Shown: positions 37,248-47,586, counted from the stretch's first letter. The stretch is DNA of 64,000 nucleotides from a bacterium (GCA_021815785.1 JAKAZS010000002.1:248-64247), one strand, 5' to 3'. Numbers and translations are program-made. Notes: a model not told the origin generated them from the sequence alone.

Positions 37248-39491
37248 TTACTTTTCAGTATTTAGATCACTGCCACCACTTCCAACAATTCCACGGGTCA
37301 AGAAGGAATGACTCGCGCCTGCCATGGGTTCAATCCAAATTGGCGAGGTAAACAGTCTATCGACATAAGGTAAGTTGGCATTAGGATCTTGATTTTGGAT
37401 AAAGCCTTTAGCTAAACTATCAAAGGATTTACCAGAATTAGGATTCCATTGCTGGGCTTCAATATTAGTTACCTGGGCAAAAGGATCGCTATTATTATTT
37501 AATTCACTAGGATCAACACGGTCAATTTCAGCAAAAATCAACGACTTATTACCTAAGGTATGACTGATTGAATCAAAGGCGACTTGACTATTGCTGTTTA
37601 AAATGTCCTGACCGGATAATTTTTTAGTAGCAATAACACTGGCTAGATTATTATCACCAATATTAGGATCGCTCCAGATTTTTACCTGGTATTGAGCAGA
37701 TGGATCAATATTCCCCATAACTTTTACACTTGGCGTTAATTCATTAACGCCATTTTGGTCTAAAATATCTCCCATTAGGTATTTGCCGTCATTAGCCGTT
37801 AAAATTCCTGATAATTGTTTAAAATCAGTAGTTGCAATTGTACGTCGATTACGCAATCCATCTAAAAGACTCTCCTTATCCAGGCTATCGGTAAAAATTC
37901 CTGTCGCTGCCGGTGGGTTACCAATTCGTAAAGGTGATCCATCACTGTTAAAGCCAAAATGGGTGTCAGCCCCATAAGTTGGACTTAAATGAAAACCTTT
38001 ATCTAAATAACCAGCATAATCTAATGATGTTACATAATATGGATTGACATGACTTTGAACATTGGGATTTAAAGCTCCGCCTTTCATGACTTCAATATTA
38101 TGAACAAGGGGGTCCATTGCTTGAACCCATTCACCAGGTGAATTAAAGGATGCTGCGCCAAAATCATGGCCTTGCCTATCAACAGGCATTTGAGGATTAT
38201 AATCCTGTTTATATCGAGGATGATTAAATTGCATTATGGGATCGTTACCCGTTGAATCCTTAATATTTAATTTTTGCATTTGCGCAATCAAACCTTTATA
38301 GTCATTATCATTAAAAGTTATCACGGCTTGATCATCATTGGCCTTAAGCCCTAATTTAATCAAAGCTCTACTCATAAGACTCATATTGCCATTACGGGGT
38401 AATTCAAAGGTTTTTAAAAAATCCGGCGAATCAAATACATTCATGTGATTACCACCAGCAATATGACCAACCACAGGATCTGGCTTACCAATCGTACCAA
38501 CTTCGGAGCCAACTCCAGCCACAAATTTACCTTTTACGGTAGCGCTATTAGCCTGGGTAAAAGTATCAGCATATTCCTGGGGATCCTGGGCTTCAATAGG
38601 CGTACCTTCTTCATCAACAGCCCGAACGGACCCTGGTTCAACGCCACCACGGGCTAAAATGTGATTATGATCAGTTACAAACGCAAAATCGCGGCCAGCA
38701 TTTTGCTCAGCTGTATAAATTTCACTAGGCAGTCCCATTCCATCAGAATATTTGGAATGTAAATGCAAGTCACCAAAAAACATTTGCATCGAGTCTGCTG
38801 TATTAACGCCTCTTTCATGAGCTAATCGGGTTTTAAAATCGGGTAATACCTTATTTATAAGAGAATCGCTTAAACCAGATTGAGCAGCATTAACTAAGCT
38901 TAAATCGTTAGCGTTTAAACTATCGGGTTTAAAATAGTCAAGACCAGTTTTAGCAATTGACAGTCCAGCATTTTCACCTTTAATAATAAACTTTTGCGTC
39001 CCTTGACAAAAATCCCCATATAATGTGTCACTTTGAGCCAGTTTAAACCCAGCTTGTGCTCCAACAGCCCCACCGGCAAATGTCAAAGCCAAATTAGCCG
39101 ATCCAGTTACGGTGTCGCTGGCTAAATTATAAGCAATTTGCTGGACATTAGCATTCTTTTTATGGGATTCAGTATTTGCTTTCATTAAACTTTCAACGCC
39201 ATTTTTTAAGATCGGCAAGGTTAACACTCCAGCGGCAATTAAGGCGACTGGTCCACGAGCTGGAATAATACTGCCTAAAACCAAACCAAAGGCCGCTGAA
39301 CTTAAAACTTCCTTACTGGCTGTTTCAAGAGTATTTAAAGGATGATCATATGCATTCTTAGCCGCAGCCTCAGTAGCTAAAGGCAAATCCTTTATAGCTA
39401 AATCAAACACATTATTTTTGTTAATGTTTTTTTTGGCCGAAAGTTGGTTAATTTCCTTACTCGAAAAATTTATTGAATTAATTTCTTGCAT
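37248..39491 (-). CDS. PHP-domain metallo-phosphoesterase-like protein with hydrophobic Gly-rich N-terminal region
   Basis: PHP motifs 'FFGDLHLHSKYSDGMG' and 'DFAFVTDHNH', with later His boxes ('FNHPRY', 'GADTHFG'). The first ~230 aa contain Gly/Ala-rich hydrophobic stretches ('AAFGLVLGSIIPARGPVALIAAGVLTLPIL', 'LALTFAGGAVGAQAG'). Confidence 0.65.
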   Translation of the reverse strand: MQEINSINFSSKEINQLSAKKNINKNNVFDLAIKDLPLATEAAAKNAYDHPLNTLETASKEVLSSAAFGLVLGSIIPARGPVALIAAGVLTLPILKNGVESLMKANTESHKKNANVQQIAYNLASDTVTGSANLALTFAGGAVGAQAGFKLAQSDTLYGDFCQGTQKFIIKGENAGLSIAKTGLDYFKPDSLNANDLSLVNAAQSGLSDSLINKVLPDFKTRLAHERGVNTADSMQMFFGDLHLHSKYSDGMGLPSEIYTAEQNAGRDFAFVTDHNHILARGGVEPGSVRAVDEEGTPIEAQDPQEYADTFTQANSATVKGKFVAGVGSEVGTIGKPDPVVGHIAGGNHMNVFDSPDFLKTFELPRNGNMSLMSRALIKLGLKANDDQAVITFNDNDYKGLIAQMQKLNIKDSTGNDPIMQFNHPRYKQDYNPQMPVDRQGHDFGAASFNSPGEWVQAMDPLVHNIEVMKGGALNPNVQSHVNPYYVTSLDYAGYLDKGFHLSPTYGADTHFGFNSDGSPLRIGNPPAATGIFTDSLDKESLLDGLRNRRTIATTDFKQLSGILTANDGKYLMGDILDQNGVNELTPSVKVMGNIDPSAQYQVKIWSDPNIGDNNLASVIATKKLSGQDILNSNSQVAFDSISHTLGNKSLIFAEIDRVDPSELNNNSDPFAQVTNIEAQQWNPNSGKSFDSLAKGFIQNQDPNANLPYVDRLFTSPIWIEPMAGASHSFLTRGIVGSGGSDLNTEK

Positions 39492-39847
39492 TTTACAACC
39501 CCGCTTGAAGAATTCATAGCAAGATTATGCATTCGGCTAATTCCAATCTCAATGGGGAAATTACGTTAAATATTTTGGTCTTAAAATTTAATCTATCCAT
39601 TTTACCCGAAACCAAGAAGATTCTAATTTTAATAGAACTCATCCATTGACAAAGATAAAAAATCTTTGATAAGATAATATTATAATTATTTAATCTTTCT
39701 GTTGATAAAAATTATGAATAGTGTTTAATATTATTGTGAATAATATCCTTAATAACTGTATTATTCTCGGCTATTCATATAACACTAAATATTAATATTT
39801 AAATTCCAGGTATCCATTTTAAGCTTTAGTTTTTATAGGTGTAAATT

Positions 39848-42118
39848 ATGACAACTCCAATTAACCTTAATCCAGTTAAGCCTAAAATAAACCGTAATAT
39901 AAAAGGCAATATGTTAGCTTTAGTTGGTGGAATTACTTTAGTAGTATTTTTACTCTTGGGTTATTTTGCTTTAAATTATGCAAGATTGCAGGGTACTAAC
40001 CAAATACAAACAACGGCAATTGAAGCTGCGGCAATTACAGCAGCTGCTGATTTATCACGTATCGTATATGACGATCCTAATTTTGGCTATATTGCCTTAT
40101 CGGATCACCCACCCATTGCCCCAGCAAATAATGGGAAATTTGCTAGCGATGGCTATCCTTTATCGGTACAAAGTATTAATACATTACTAGGGACAATCCT
40201 ATTAGATTCGCAAATTGTTAATACTTTATCCTTAGATTCTTCATCTAAAAATTATATGAATCAATTAGTCCAATCTGATTATACCAATGCGGTTAAAGCA
40301 GCGACAAGTTTAAGTACTTTATTAATGTCAGCAACTAATGGCAATACTAATGTAACCGACTGGTATGATAATACGGTAAATGTCTTAGCTGATGCCCAAA
40401 CTGCCTATAATACTAATTTAAAAAATGGCTTAACCCAAGGCGGGGTTATTCAAGCCAATAATCTAAAACTAAGTTTAGGCTATTTAAATCAAGCCAGTCC
40501 GACTAATATACCTACACCTAATAATTATTATAATTATACGACAACCGGAAATCCTAACTACTGTTATTTGGCAAATCAAAATTATTCCGATTCAGCAGGC
40601 AATAATTATGTTTTTTCTAGTATTGGCGATTCTGTTCACCTGGTCAGCAATAACTTATTTTCCCAATCGCAATTAGTCAGTAGTCAAACTTTAATACCCA
40701 CAATTGTAAAAGCTAGCATAAGCCAAACTATAGCCTTAACCCCTGATGGCAAAAACAATCAAACTGTAATTAAAACAGCCTGTGCCCAGCCATACAATCA
40801 AATGGACCCTAAACCCAATCCGGGTGCCTTAAATATACGTTTCCCTCAAGGAGCATTACCTCATTTAATTTCGCCCATTTCAATTATAACGGACCCCCAA
40901 TCCCAAGGTAGTGTAGCACCTAGCACTGGTCCCTTTAAAGCCATTGGCAATACCAGGCCAGGTGGAAGCCTAGTTCCTTTTACAGGCAGTAATATCCCTA
41001 GTACTGTAGCGCAAGCTACTGTTGGTGGCTTATACCACTGGCTAAGACACGCTGGTGTCAAACCAATTTATGATCCAACTGTAGCGGCCAGCATAAATAT
41101 AAACGTACCAGCTACAACAACTGGACAGCAAACTTTAGCCGTTGGCGATATTAATACCATCCTCAACACAACTTTTAAGTCACCCAAAAATGTCATGTTT
41201 AAAGTTGTTGGCTTAAACTCACCTAGTGGCGCAACTCCACCAGGTAACAAACCAGTTGTTACAGCAGTTTATGATAAATGGTATCCTAGTGTGTACACTT
41301 TTACTTTTGACACAGCTGGTCGCATTGTAGCACAATTAGTGGACATAAATAATTACAGTCAACCACCAGATACTTTAGGATCACTCGTTAATGATCAACA
41401 GTTGTTATTTTATGCATCTCCTGGTAATCCCAAAAAAGGTCCACCCAAACAGGCTTTAGTTGCCCATCCAGGTTATTACGCTTTTACTGATAATCAGATG
41501 TTTAAAACAGCTATAAGGGTACAAGGACCGAATGGTGGAACCGCCACTCCTTTAATCTCTCTAAATGCCAGCCCTTTACCCCAATCGCTAACTAATCCAT
41601 TAACGGCAGTCACAGCTACAACACCAGGCAATATACCACCAGCCCAATGGGCAAAACAAAGTATTAACAGTGTCAATACCACTTTTGGCCCAGTATTAGC
41701 GGTACTTAATTCGGTTTTAAATCTAACAATTGTACCAACTGATGATAATGCTAATCCGGGACCACATCCCCTAGATGCCATAACTACGAATTTTAAAACG
41801 CCACATAGCCATTCAACACCATATAGTTCATGGACACAATTCAATGCTACAATTAGGGATAATTCCATTAAATTGGGTAAAACCAATGGTGGTATTCAAG
41901 GTGGCAGTCCGAATCAATCAGGTTTAAATACAATAATATCGACCAATCCCAGTTTAAGCAATTTTATAAGCTCTGGTTTAAAAGTAAGACCATCATATTT
42001 AGTCAATGGAACCGTTAGTGACATTCGATTCTTTACAACCCATCAATTTACTGGTGATGTAAGTTCCTCCAGTACGACTGACTATAATCCTAATCCATTA
42101 TCCAATCCTAATAATTAA
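39848..42118 (+). CDS. TadG-like (Tad_N / TadE-G-like N-terminus) large Ser/Thr/Asn/Pro-rich protein
   Basis: N-terminal 'GNMLALVGGITLVVFLLLGYFALNYARLQ...AIEAAAITAAADL' fits the TadE/G-like pseudopilin N-terminal pattern. I recognised no domain in the remaining ~690 aa. Confidence 0.55.
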   Translation: MTTPINLNPVKPKINRNIKGNMLALVGGITLVVFLLLGYFALNYARLQGTNQIQTTAIEAAAITAAADLSRIVYDDPNFGYIALSDHPPIAPANNGKFASDGYPLSVQSINTLLGTILLDSQIVNTLSLDSSSKNYMNQLVQSDYTNAVKAATSLSTLLMSATNGNTNVTDWYDNTVNVLADAQTAYNTNLKNGLTQGGVIQANNLKLSLGYLNQASPTNIPTPNNYYNYTTTGNPNYCYLANQNYSDSAGNNYVFSSIGDSVHLVSNNLFSQSQLVSSQTLIPTIVKASISQTIALTPDGKNNQTVIKTACAQPYNQMDPKPNPGALNIRFPQGALPHLISPISIITDPQSQGSVAPSTGPFKAIGNTRPGGSLVPFTGSNIPSTVAQATVGGLYHWLRHAGVKPIYDPTVAASININVPATTTGQQTLAVGDINTILNTTFKSPKNVMFKVVGLNSPSGATPPGNKPVVTAVYDKWYPSVYTFTFDTAGRIVAQLVDINNYSQPPDTLGSLVNDQQLLFYASPGNPKKGPPKQALVAHPGYYAFTDNQMFKTAIRVQGPNGGTATPLISLNASPLPQSLTNPLTAVTATTPGNIPPAQWAKQSINSVNTTFGPVLAVLNSVLNLTIVPTDDNANPGPHPLDAITTNFKTPHSHSTPYSSWTQFNATIRDNSIKLGKTNGGIQGGSPNQSGLNTIISTNPSLSNFISSGLKVRPSYLVNGTVSDIRFFTTHQFTGDVSSSSTTDYNPNPLSNPNN

Positions 42119-42147
42119 ATTGCTAAATCATTAAAAAAAACAATAAC

Positions 42148-42702
42148 ATGAAATCAATGCCCAATTTAAGAAAAAGAGTAAATAGCGCTCAGTCATTGAT
42201 TGAATTAGCTACAGGGGTTACGGTTCTTATTCCCGTGGTGCTATTATTTTTTGACCTATCGTTAATTGTTATAGCGGTCCAAACCAATGAAAATATTGCT
42301 AAAAATGCGGCTCGGGTAGCTTCTATGGGTAGTCCCTTGCAATACCAAAGCCGTGCTCAATCCTCTGTTAACCAATCGGCTAACAACCATAGTGGCCCAA
42401 TTAGTAATATAAGTTTGGTTAGTGCATCGACTAATTTAACCCAAAATGATATTTTAACCTGGGAAAGTAGCGGTGGGCTAGTTGTCCACCAAAATGGCAG
42501 TCAGACTCTGCCCGGTATTGTAACGGTGACTACTCAAGTTCAAGTTAAACCCTTTATTATTTCCATTTTTTCGGGAGGCAATCCCTTAAGTTTTAAAGCC
42601 AGTCGCAGTTTCCCTTTTTCTAGTGTAATGTACGATCCAGTTCTTAATACTAATCCCTGGGCTCTGCCCGCAACCGGGGGAATTGGATCTGCACAGCAAT
42701 GA
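42148..42702 (+). CDS. TadE-like protein
   Basis: 'AQSLIELATGVTVLIPVVLLFFDLSLIVIAVQ...AKNAARVASMG' fits the TadE-like domain pattern. Confidence 0.6.
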   Translation: MKSMPNLRKRVNSAQSLIELATGVTVLIPVVLLFFDLSLIVIAVQTNENIAKNAARVASMGSPLQYQSRAQSSVNQSANNHSGPISNISLVSASTNLTQNDILTWESSGGLVVHQNGSQTLPGIVTVTTQVQVKPFIISIFSGGNPLSFKASRSFPFSSVMYDPVLNTNPWALPATGGIGSAQQ

Positions 42703-42707
42703 TGGCT

Positions 42708-45392
42708 TTATTTAGACATCCAATTAGCTTGTTTAAATTTTACATTTGAATCAATTATTTCTAAAGTTTCTTTTAATGATTGTTTACCCAGTTTAAGTGG
42801 GTGTGCTTCGAAAAAGGTTTTAACCTTAGTCAAATCGTTTTCATTGCTTAAATTAGCCATAGCATGAATTAAATGAGGAATTGACATCGGTGCAAATCGA
42901 CTAGAAATAATGTCATAATTATTTTCAAAAAAGTCTAAAGCTAAACCTTGACCATTGCGATTGCTAAAACAGGCGCCGATAAGATGTGGCGCATCTTGAG
43001 TGCGAACTTTATCGGTTAGACTCAAAGCTAAAGTTTTGGCAATAAGTTTGGGGTCTTGAAAATTAGATAGGCAATATAAACAGTCCATCTCAATTTCAGG
43101 TACTTGCGCTTTTAAATACTGATTATAAATATTATCATAATCCTTTTCACTGCCATTATATGCAACCACATTAAGAGAAGTTTTAAGCTTATCCCCGTCA
43201 ATATCGCTAGCTTGGGCATAAAACTTGGTATCTAAATAGTTCTTACAATTAGCTAATATTTCTTTATTTTGACCATATGTACCTAAAAAGGTAACCAAAC
43301 TTGACCTTAAAGAACGAACGAGGAGGCTGTCTCCTGGCTTATTGTCGATACCATATTTGGTCAAAGCTTCATGTAAAATATCACTTGAATGTTTGGCAAA
43401 ATCAGCTAAAGAGTCATTGGCGATAAAATTAGCAATTTTGGCTAAACTGCCAATCATTTCTTTAAGAACATAGGTATCGGTTTCATGTTTAAAATTATAT
43501 AACAAACTGTCAAAGTCACTAAAATCAATGTTACATGATTTAGCTAAATTCCATTCATCATTTAAAAATGTCAGCCTTTCTTGAGCCGTTAAATATTTTT
43601 GATTATTATTTTTGAGTAAATCAAAATTACTGGCTGGATATCTAGATCGATAATAGCCATGAGCATTTACATTAGCTTTATAAGGTTCAAAACATTTAAA
43701 ATCCTGAATTGCTTCGTTGGGATCGTTAATTATGGTGTCTAAATTCTTTTGATAATTATTGGGGTTTTTGCTATCCTTTTCCATACAAGCTAAATTAAAG
43801 GGAACAAGCCAGTTTTGAATTGTATCAACAGAAGTATCCTTATTAAGGAAAAACTGTTTTTGACTGACTTTTAAGCGATTATCGGGCTCAATAGCTAATG
43901 TCAACAAAGGATAACCCGGCTGATTCACAAAGTTTTGAGCAACCTGACTTACTGGCTTACCGGACTTGGCTTCAATTGCTTGCCATAAATCGGCAGTTGT
44001 AGCATTATCAAATAAATGGGCTTTTAAATAATCACAAACGCCACCACGAAAATTTTCTTCACCAACCCATGACTCAATCATTTTTAAAACTGAACAGCCT
44101 TTTAGATAAGTTATATTATCAAACATTTCCATAGCTTCGGATGGACCACTTACATTAGCATGAATGGCTCTTGAACATTTTAAGGAATCAACATTCATAG
44201 CATATAACCGCCAAGTCGTATATCTTACATGATACAGCCAACTGGGTTCTAAATAATCAACGGCTTTAACTGACATCCAGGTGGCAAAAGCTTCATTTAG
44301 CCATAAATCATCCCACCAGGCCATCGTAACCATATCACCAAACCACATATGCGCCATTTCATGCGCAATTATTGAGGCAATATTTTGCTTGTTATCGACT
44401 GAACCAGTATTTTCATCAATTAACAAATCAGCTTCACGAAAAGTTATTGCCCCAAGATTTTCCATAGCCCCAGCTTCAAAATCTGGAATAGCAATTAAAT
44501 CCAATTTATTGATCGGATACTTGATATTAAAATAATGATTATAATAGGGCAGCAAATCACCGGCTTTATTTCGAGCATAATAAGCCAATTTCGTTTTATC
44601 TTTAACTGTCCAAACCTTGATTTCACAACCACTTTTACTAATTGACTGAGTTGATTCAAATGGCCCAACAATTAAAGCAACTAAATAGGTAGACATTTTG
44701 GGCGTGGGGGCAAACTCATATATTTCTTTATTAATAACTCGGTCAAAATACTTTTTACTAATTTGCGCATTGGAAATAGCGGTTAAATTCGGATCAATTT
44801 TAACCGTAATCTGGTATTGAGCTTTAAAAGCTGGTTCATCAAAACAAGGGAACATGCGCCTGGCATCAGCTGGTTCCATTTGGGTGGTAGCAATTTTATG
44901 TTCGTTATTTTTACTATCTTTATATTTAGATAAATAAAATCCTCTAAGCTTATCATTTAAAATTCCTCTATACTTTAAATGTAAAGTGTAATCACCAGGA
45001 ACTAAGGTTTTCTCCCAATTTTCCCCATGGTAATCCTTATCGTAATTGGTTACAGTTAATGTAGCGGTTTCATTCTGATTATCATAACTAACGCTTAAAT
45101 AATAATTACGCTTAGTTTTTTCATTAGTAACAATAGCATGGTCAATATGAATTTCACTACTATTCAAAACAATATCTTTAGTTTCTTTAGCAACTTTTAA
45201 TTTAATTGCTTCTTTACCACTAAAACTGGCTTTATCTAGATCTGGTACTAATTCAAGACTATAAAAATCAGGTTTAACATCTTGAGTTAATCTCGTTTCG
45301 CTAGCTTTTACGGTGACGTTAGCGACAAGCATAAAATAAAATCCGATTAATAAAAAAATATTTTTAAATTTAGCGGTACAGTTAATTGTCAT
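42708..45392 (-). CDS. pepN: M1-family aminopeptidase N, secreted
   Basis: 'GAMENLG' exopeptidase motif, zinc site 'HEMAHMWFGD...WLNEAFA', ERAP1-like C-terminal region, and a signal-like N-terminus. Confidence 0.9.
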   Translation of the reverse strand: MTINCTAKFKNIFLLIGFYFMLVANVTVKASETRLTQDVKPDFYSLELVPDLDKASFSGKEAIKLKVAKETKDIVLNSSEIHIDHAIVTNEKTKRNYYLSVSYDNQNETATLTVTNYDKDYHGENWEKTLVPGDYTLHLKYRGILNDKLRGFYLSKYKDSKNNEHKIATTQMEPADARRMFPCFDEPAFKAQYQITVKIDPNLTAISNAQISKKYFDRVINKEIYEFAPTPKMSTYLVALIVGPFESTQSISKSGCEIKVWTVKDKTKLAYYARNKAGDLLPYYNHYFNIKYPINKLDLIAIPDFEAGAMENLGAITFREADLLIDENTGSVDNKQNIASIIAHEMAHMWFGDMVTMAWWDDLWLNEAFATWMSVKAVDYLEPSWLYHVRYTTWRLYAMNVDSLKCSRAIHANVSGPSEAMEMFDNITYLKGCSVLKMIESWVGEENFRGGVCDYLKAHLFDNATTADLWQAIEAKSGKPVSQVAQNFVNQPGYPLLTLAIEPDNRLKVSQKQFFLNKDTSVDTIQNWLVPFNLACMEKDSKNPNNYQKNLDTIINDPNEAIQDFKCFEPYKANVNAHGYYRSRYPASNFDLLKNNNQKYLTAQERLTFLNDEWNLAKSCNIDFSDFDSLLYNFKHETDTYVLKEMIGSLAKIANFIANDSLADFAKHSSDILHEALTKYGIDNKPGDSLLVRSLRSSLVTFLGTYGQNKEILANCKNYLDTKFYAQASDIDGDKLKTSLNVVAYNGSEKDYDNIYNQYLKAQVPEIEMDCLYCLSNFQDPKLIAKTLALSLTDKVRTQDAPHLIGACFSNRNGQGLALDFFENNYDIISSRFAPMSIPHLIHAMANLSNENDLTKVKTFFEAHPLKLGKQSLKETLEIIDSNVKFKQANWMSK

Positions 45393-45409
45393 TAATTATC
45401 TCCATAAAA

Positions 45410-46681
45410 TTAGTTATTGGGGCTTTGAGTAATATTATCAGCAATTTCATTATTTTCATTGCAATCTAAATCATCAGGATTAAGCGTTCCATGAATCGGT
45501 TGATTTTTGGATGCACATAATTCATAAGGCATAGTATACGCTGTGGGCTTTTGTTCTACCGGAGCATTTTTAGGCGGGGCTTTTTTCTTTGGTTTTTTAT
45601 CTTCTTCTTCTTCTTCTTCCAATTGCTGGCGTAACTGCTGAAGAACACCATTAAGAGCTGGTTTAGCAAAAGAAAACCGAAAACCATAATATAATCTAAA
45701 GTCCATTCCGGATAAACCCACTACATCATTTGAATGCATATTATAGACCGGTTCAGCCCGAAAAAAAGCTAATAGCCCTGGAACAGCTTTAAAAATTTGT
45801 CGATCAATTTCAAAATCACAGATAAAGGAATAGTTGTTAGTCGGCAATAAGGCATTCACGCCAAACTGATTACGAAAATTCTGAACAAAAGTGCAGGTAT
45901 TAATAAACATCCAGCGACCACGTCGATAAATTGACCCAAACGTATAAAATGGATCAATTTCTCGATTGACACTATTCATAAACTGTTTACCCCGAAATTG
46001 GGTTAACACACTAACATAGGTTAAAAGGGCTGGCGTAAAATTATGATAATAGCTAACGCTCGGAATATAGTCAAAAACCGGATGAATGTTAGTTTCCCAT
46101 AATTCACGCATAAAAAAGCCTGTTTGAATATAACCTTTTTTATTTATATACTTCGTATTTTGGATACCACCGCCAGCAGAAAAAATATTGGTATCTAAAC
46201 TGTAATTTTTAATTAAGGTATCACGAATCATAAAGGCTGAGCTATATAATCTGGTGTTGGGAGTTAAAGCCCAGCCTACGGTAAAGTTAGGAAAAACCCG
46301 ATTAACATTATCAAAACTATTAACCGAAGCCAACCCCTTATTGGCAGCCGCCTTTTGCAATGGGGTCATTTTGGCATAAACCGCTGGGGACGGGTAATCA
46401 TGCCTTAAATATTCATATTTATTAGGCGTTTGATAAGGATTAGTCTCAATACGCATCGTTGATTCAACATAACCATTAAAATAAAGCCGCGCTGGCAATT
46501 TCTGCCATAAGCGAAATTGAAAATTCTGACCAAACAGTTGTTTGTCAGTGTTAGAAACAATAGGTGCTGAATCTGTTTTTAAAATAGTACTTTGTGCTAG
46601 ACAAGGACTGCCTAGCACAAAAATACTATATATTGTTAATATAAGTTGTAATAAATTTAATTGCTTCAATTTAATACACAA
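45410..46681 (-). CDS. Putative outer-membrane beta-barrel protein with charged C-terminal extension
   Basis: Signal 'LILTIYSIFVLGSPCLAQ', with alternating aromatic/hydrophobic strands ending in 'DFRLYYGFRFSF'. An 85 aa Glu/Lys/Pro-rich tail follows. The fold call is an inference. Confidence 0.45.
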   Translation of the reverse strand: MCIKLKQLNLLQLILTIYSIFVLGSPCLAQSTILKTDSAPIVSNTDKQLFGQNFQFRLWQKLPARLYFNGYVESTMRIETNPYQTPNKYEYLRHDYPSPAVYAKMTPLQKAAANKGLASVNSFDNVNRVFPNFTVGWALTPNTRLYSSAFMIRDTLIKNYSLDTNIFSAGGGIQNTKYINKKGYIQTGFFMRELWETNIHPVFDYIPSVSYYHNFTPALLTYVSVLTQFRGKQFMNSVNREIDPFYTFGSIYRRGRWMFINTCTFVQNFRNQFGVNALLPTNNYSFICDFEIDRQIFKAVPGLLAFFRAEPVYNMHSNDVVGLSGMDFRLYYGFRFSFAKPALNGVLQQLRQQLEEEEEEDKKPKKKAPPKNAPVEQKPTAYTMPYELCASKNQPIHGTLNPDDLDCNENNEIADNITQSPNN

Positions 46682-46688
46682 TTTTCAA

Positions 46689-47285
46689 TTATTTACTAGC
46701 TTCTCTTTTACCAGAGCTTGGCTTACTGTCAGCCAGTTCTTGATTTGGAGCTAAAATCTTGATAATTGGTTTGGTTATATCAACACCATCATCTAATACT
46801 TTTTGACCACCGGTAAAAATACCCGATCCATCAACCACTAAATCCAAGCCTTTTTCTTTAGCTACTTGAGTTGCAGCTTGCATAATTTTGGATGTAGCCA
46901 TTTGATTGGACGATTGAATTAATTGAGCTAAAGCTTGTTGCTTAGCACTTACTTCAGTTTGCAGGGTCTTTTGCATTTCTTGAATTTCGGATTCAGGTTT
47001 CTTGTCATCTTTAGCTTTTTGTAGTCTTTTATTAGCATCTTCAATATAGGCTTTTAATTGACTTTCGGCTTGACCTTTTAACGCTTCTGTTTCAGCAGCT
47101 TCAGGGCATACCATTTTCACTAAGGGAAGGCTAAAATAACCAACTTTGGCTTGAAATGGCTTAGCTGATTCATTAGCAGCTTGAGCTACAGATGAATTAC
47201 TGGCTGTAATTATAACTGAAAGAGCAACCATTGATAATACATTTTTGGTAATCATATTTAAATTAACTTTCATTTTTTTCCTCAT
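46689..47285 (-). CDS. skp: OmpH/Skp-family periplasmic chaperone
   Basis: Signal peptide, long Lys/Gln/Glu-rich helical arms, and the C-terminal 'AKEKGLDLVVDGSGIFTGG...VDITKPIIKIL' pattern typical of Skp. Confidence 0.65.
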   Translation of the reverse strand: MRKKMKVNLNMITKNVLSMVALSVIITASNSSVAQAANESAKPFQAKVGYFSLPLVKMVCPEAAETEALKGQAESQLKAYIEDANKRLQKAKDDKKPESEIQEMQKTLQTEVSAKQQALAQLIQSSNQMATSKIMQAATQVAKEKGLDLVVDGSGIFTGGQKVLDDGVDITKPIIKILAPNQELADSKPSSGKREASK

Positions 47286-47558
47286 ATTTGTTTTATTGAT
47301 GTATTGACATGAACTAATAAAATAAGTAGCTCATTCTTGGACTAAAGTCATTAAATGAACCTTAGCTTTAAATTATAACAGATGTGCCAAATGTATATAT
47401 CATTTTTTAATACTTGCAATAAATTTTAAAATTTCACGACAAAATAAAAGTTATTTAATTTAAGGAACAAAATAATTAAAAATGAGTCAAAACCTATTCA
47501 CTGTATCAATAATTAAATATATTTTTTTTGAATTAAACTTTCTTTATTTTTATATGTA

Positions 47559-47586
47559 TTGACTCATTAACTACTTCGTCTATAAT
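47559..47586 (+). promoter_or_regulatory. Candidate sigma-70 promoter for the giant gene (TTGACT-16 nt-TATAAT)
   Basis: Read directly: TTGACT at 47559-47564 and TATAAT at 47581-47586. AT-rich genomes produce such matches by chance. Confidence 0.4.

Noticed and set aside
39527-39661. A 44-codon ORF upstream of the TadG-like gene, considered as a possible Flp-type pilin.
   Set aside because: It has no Shine-Dalgarno sequence, no Flp-like G/(A/E)TAIEY motif and no hydrophobic pilin core. It is most likely chance in AT-rich intergenic DNA.
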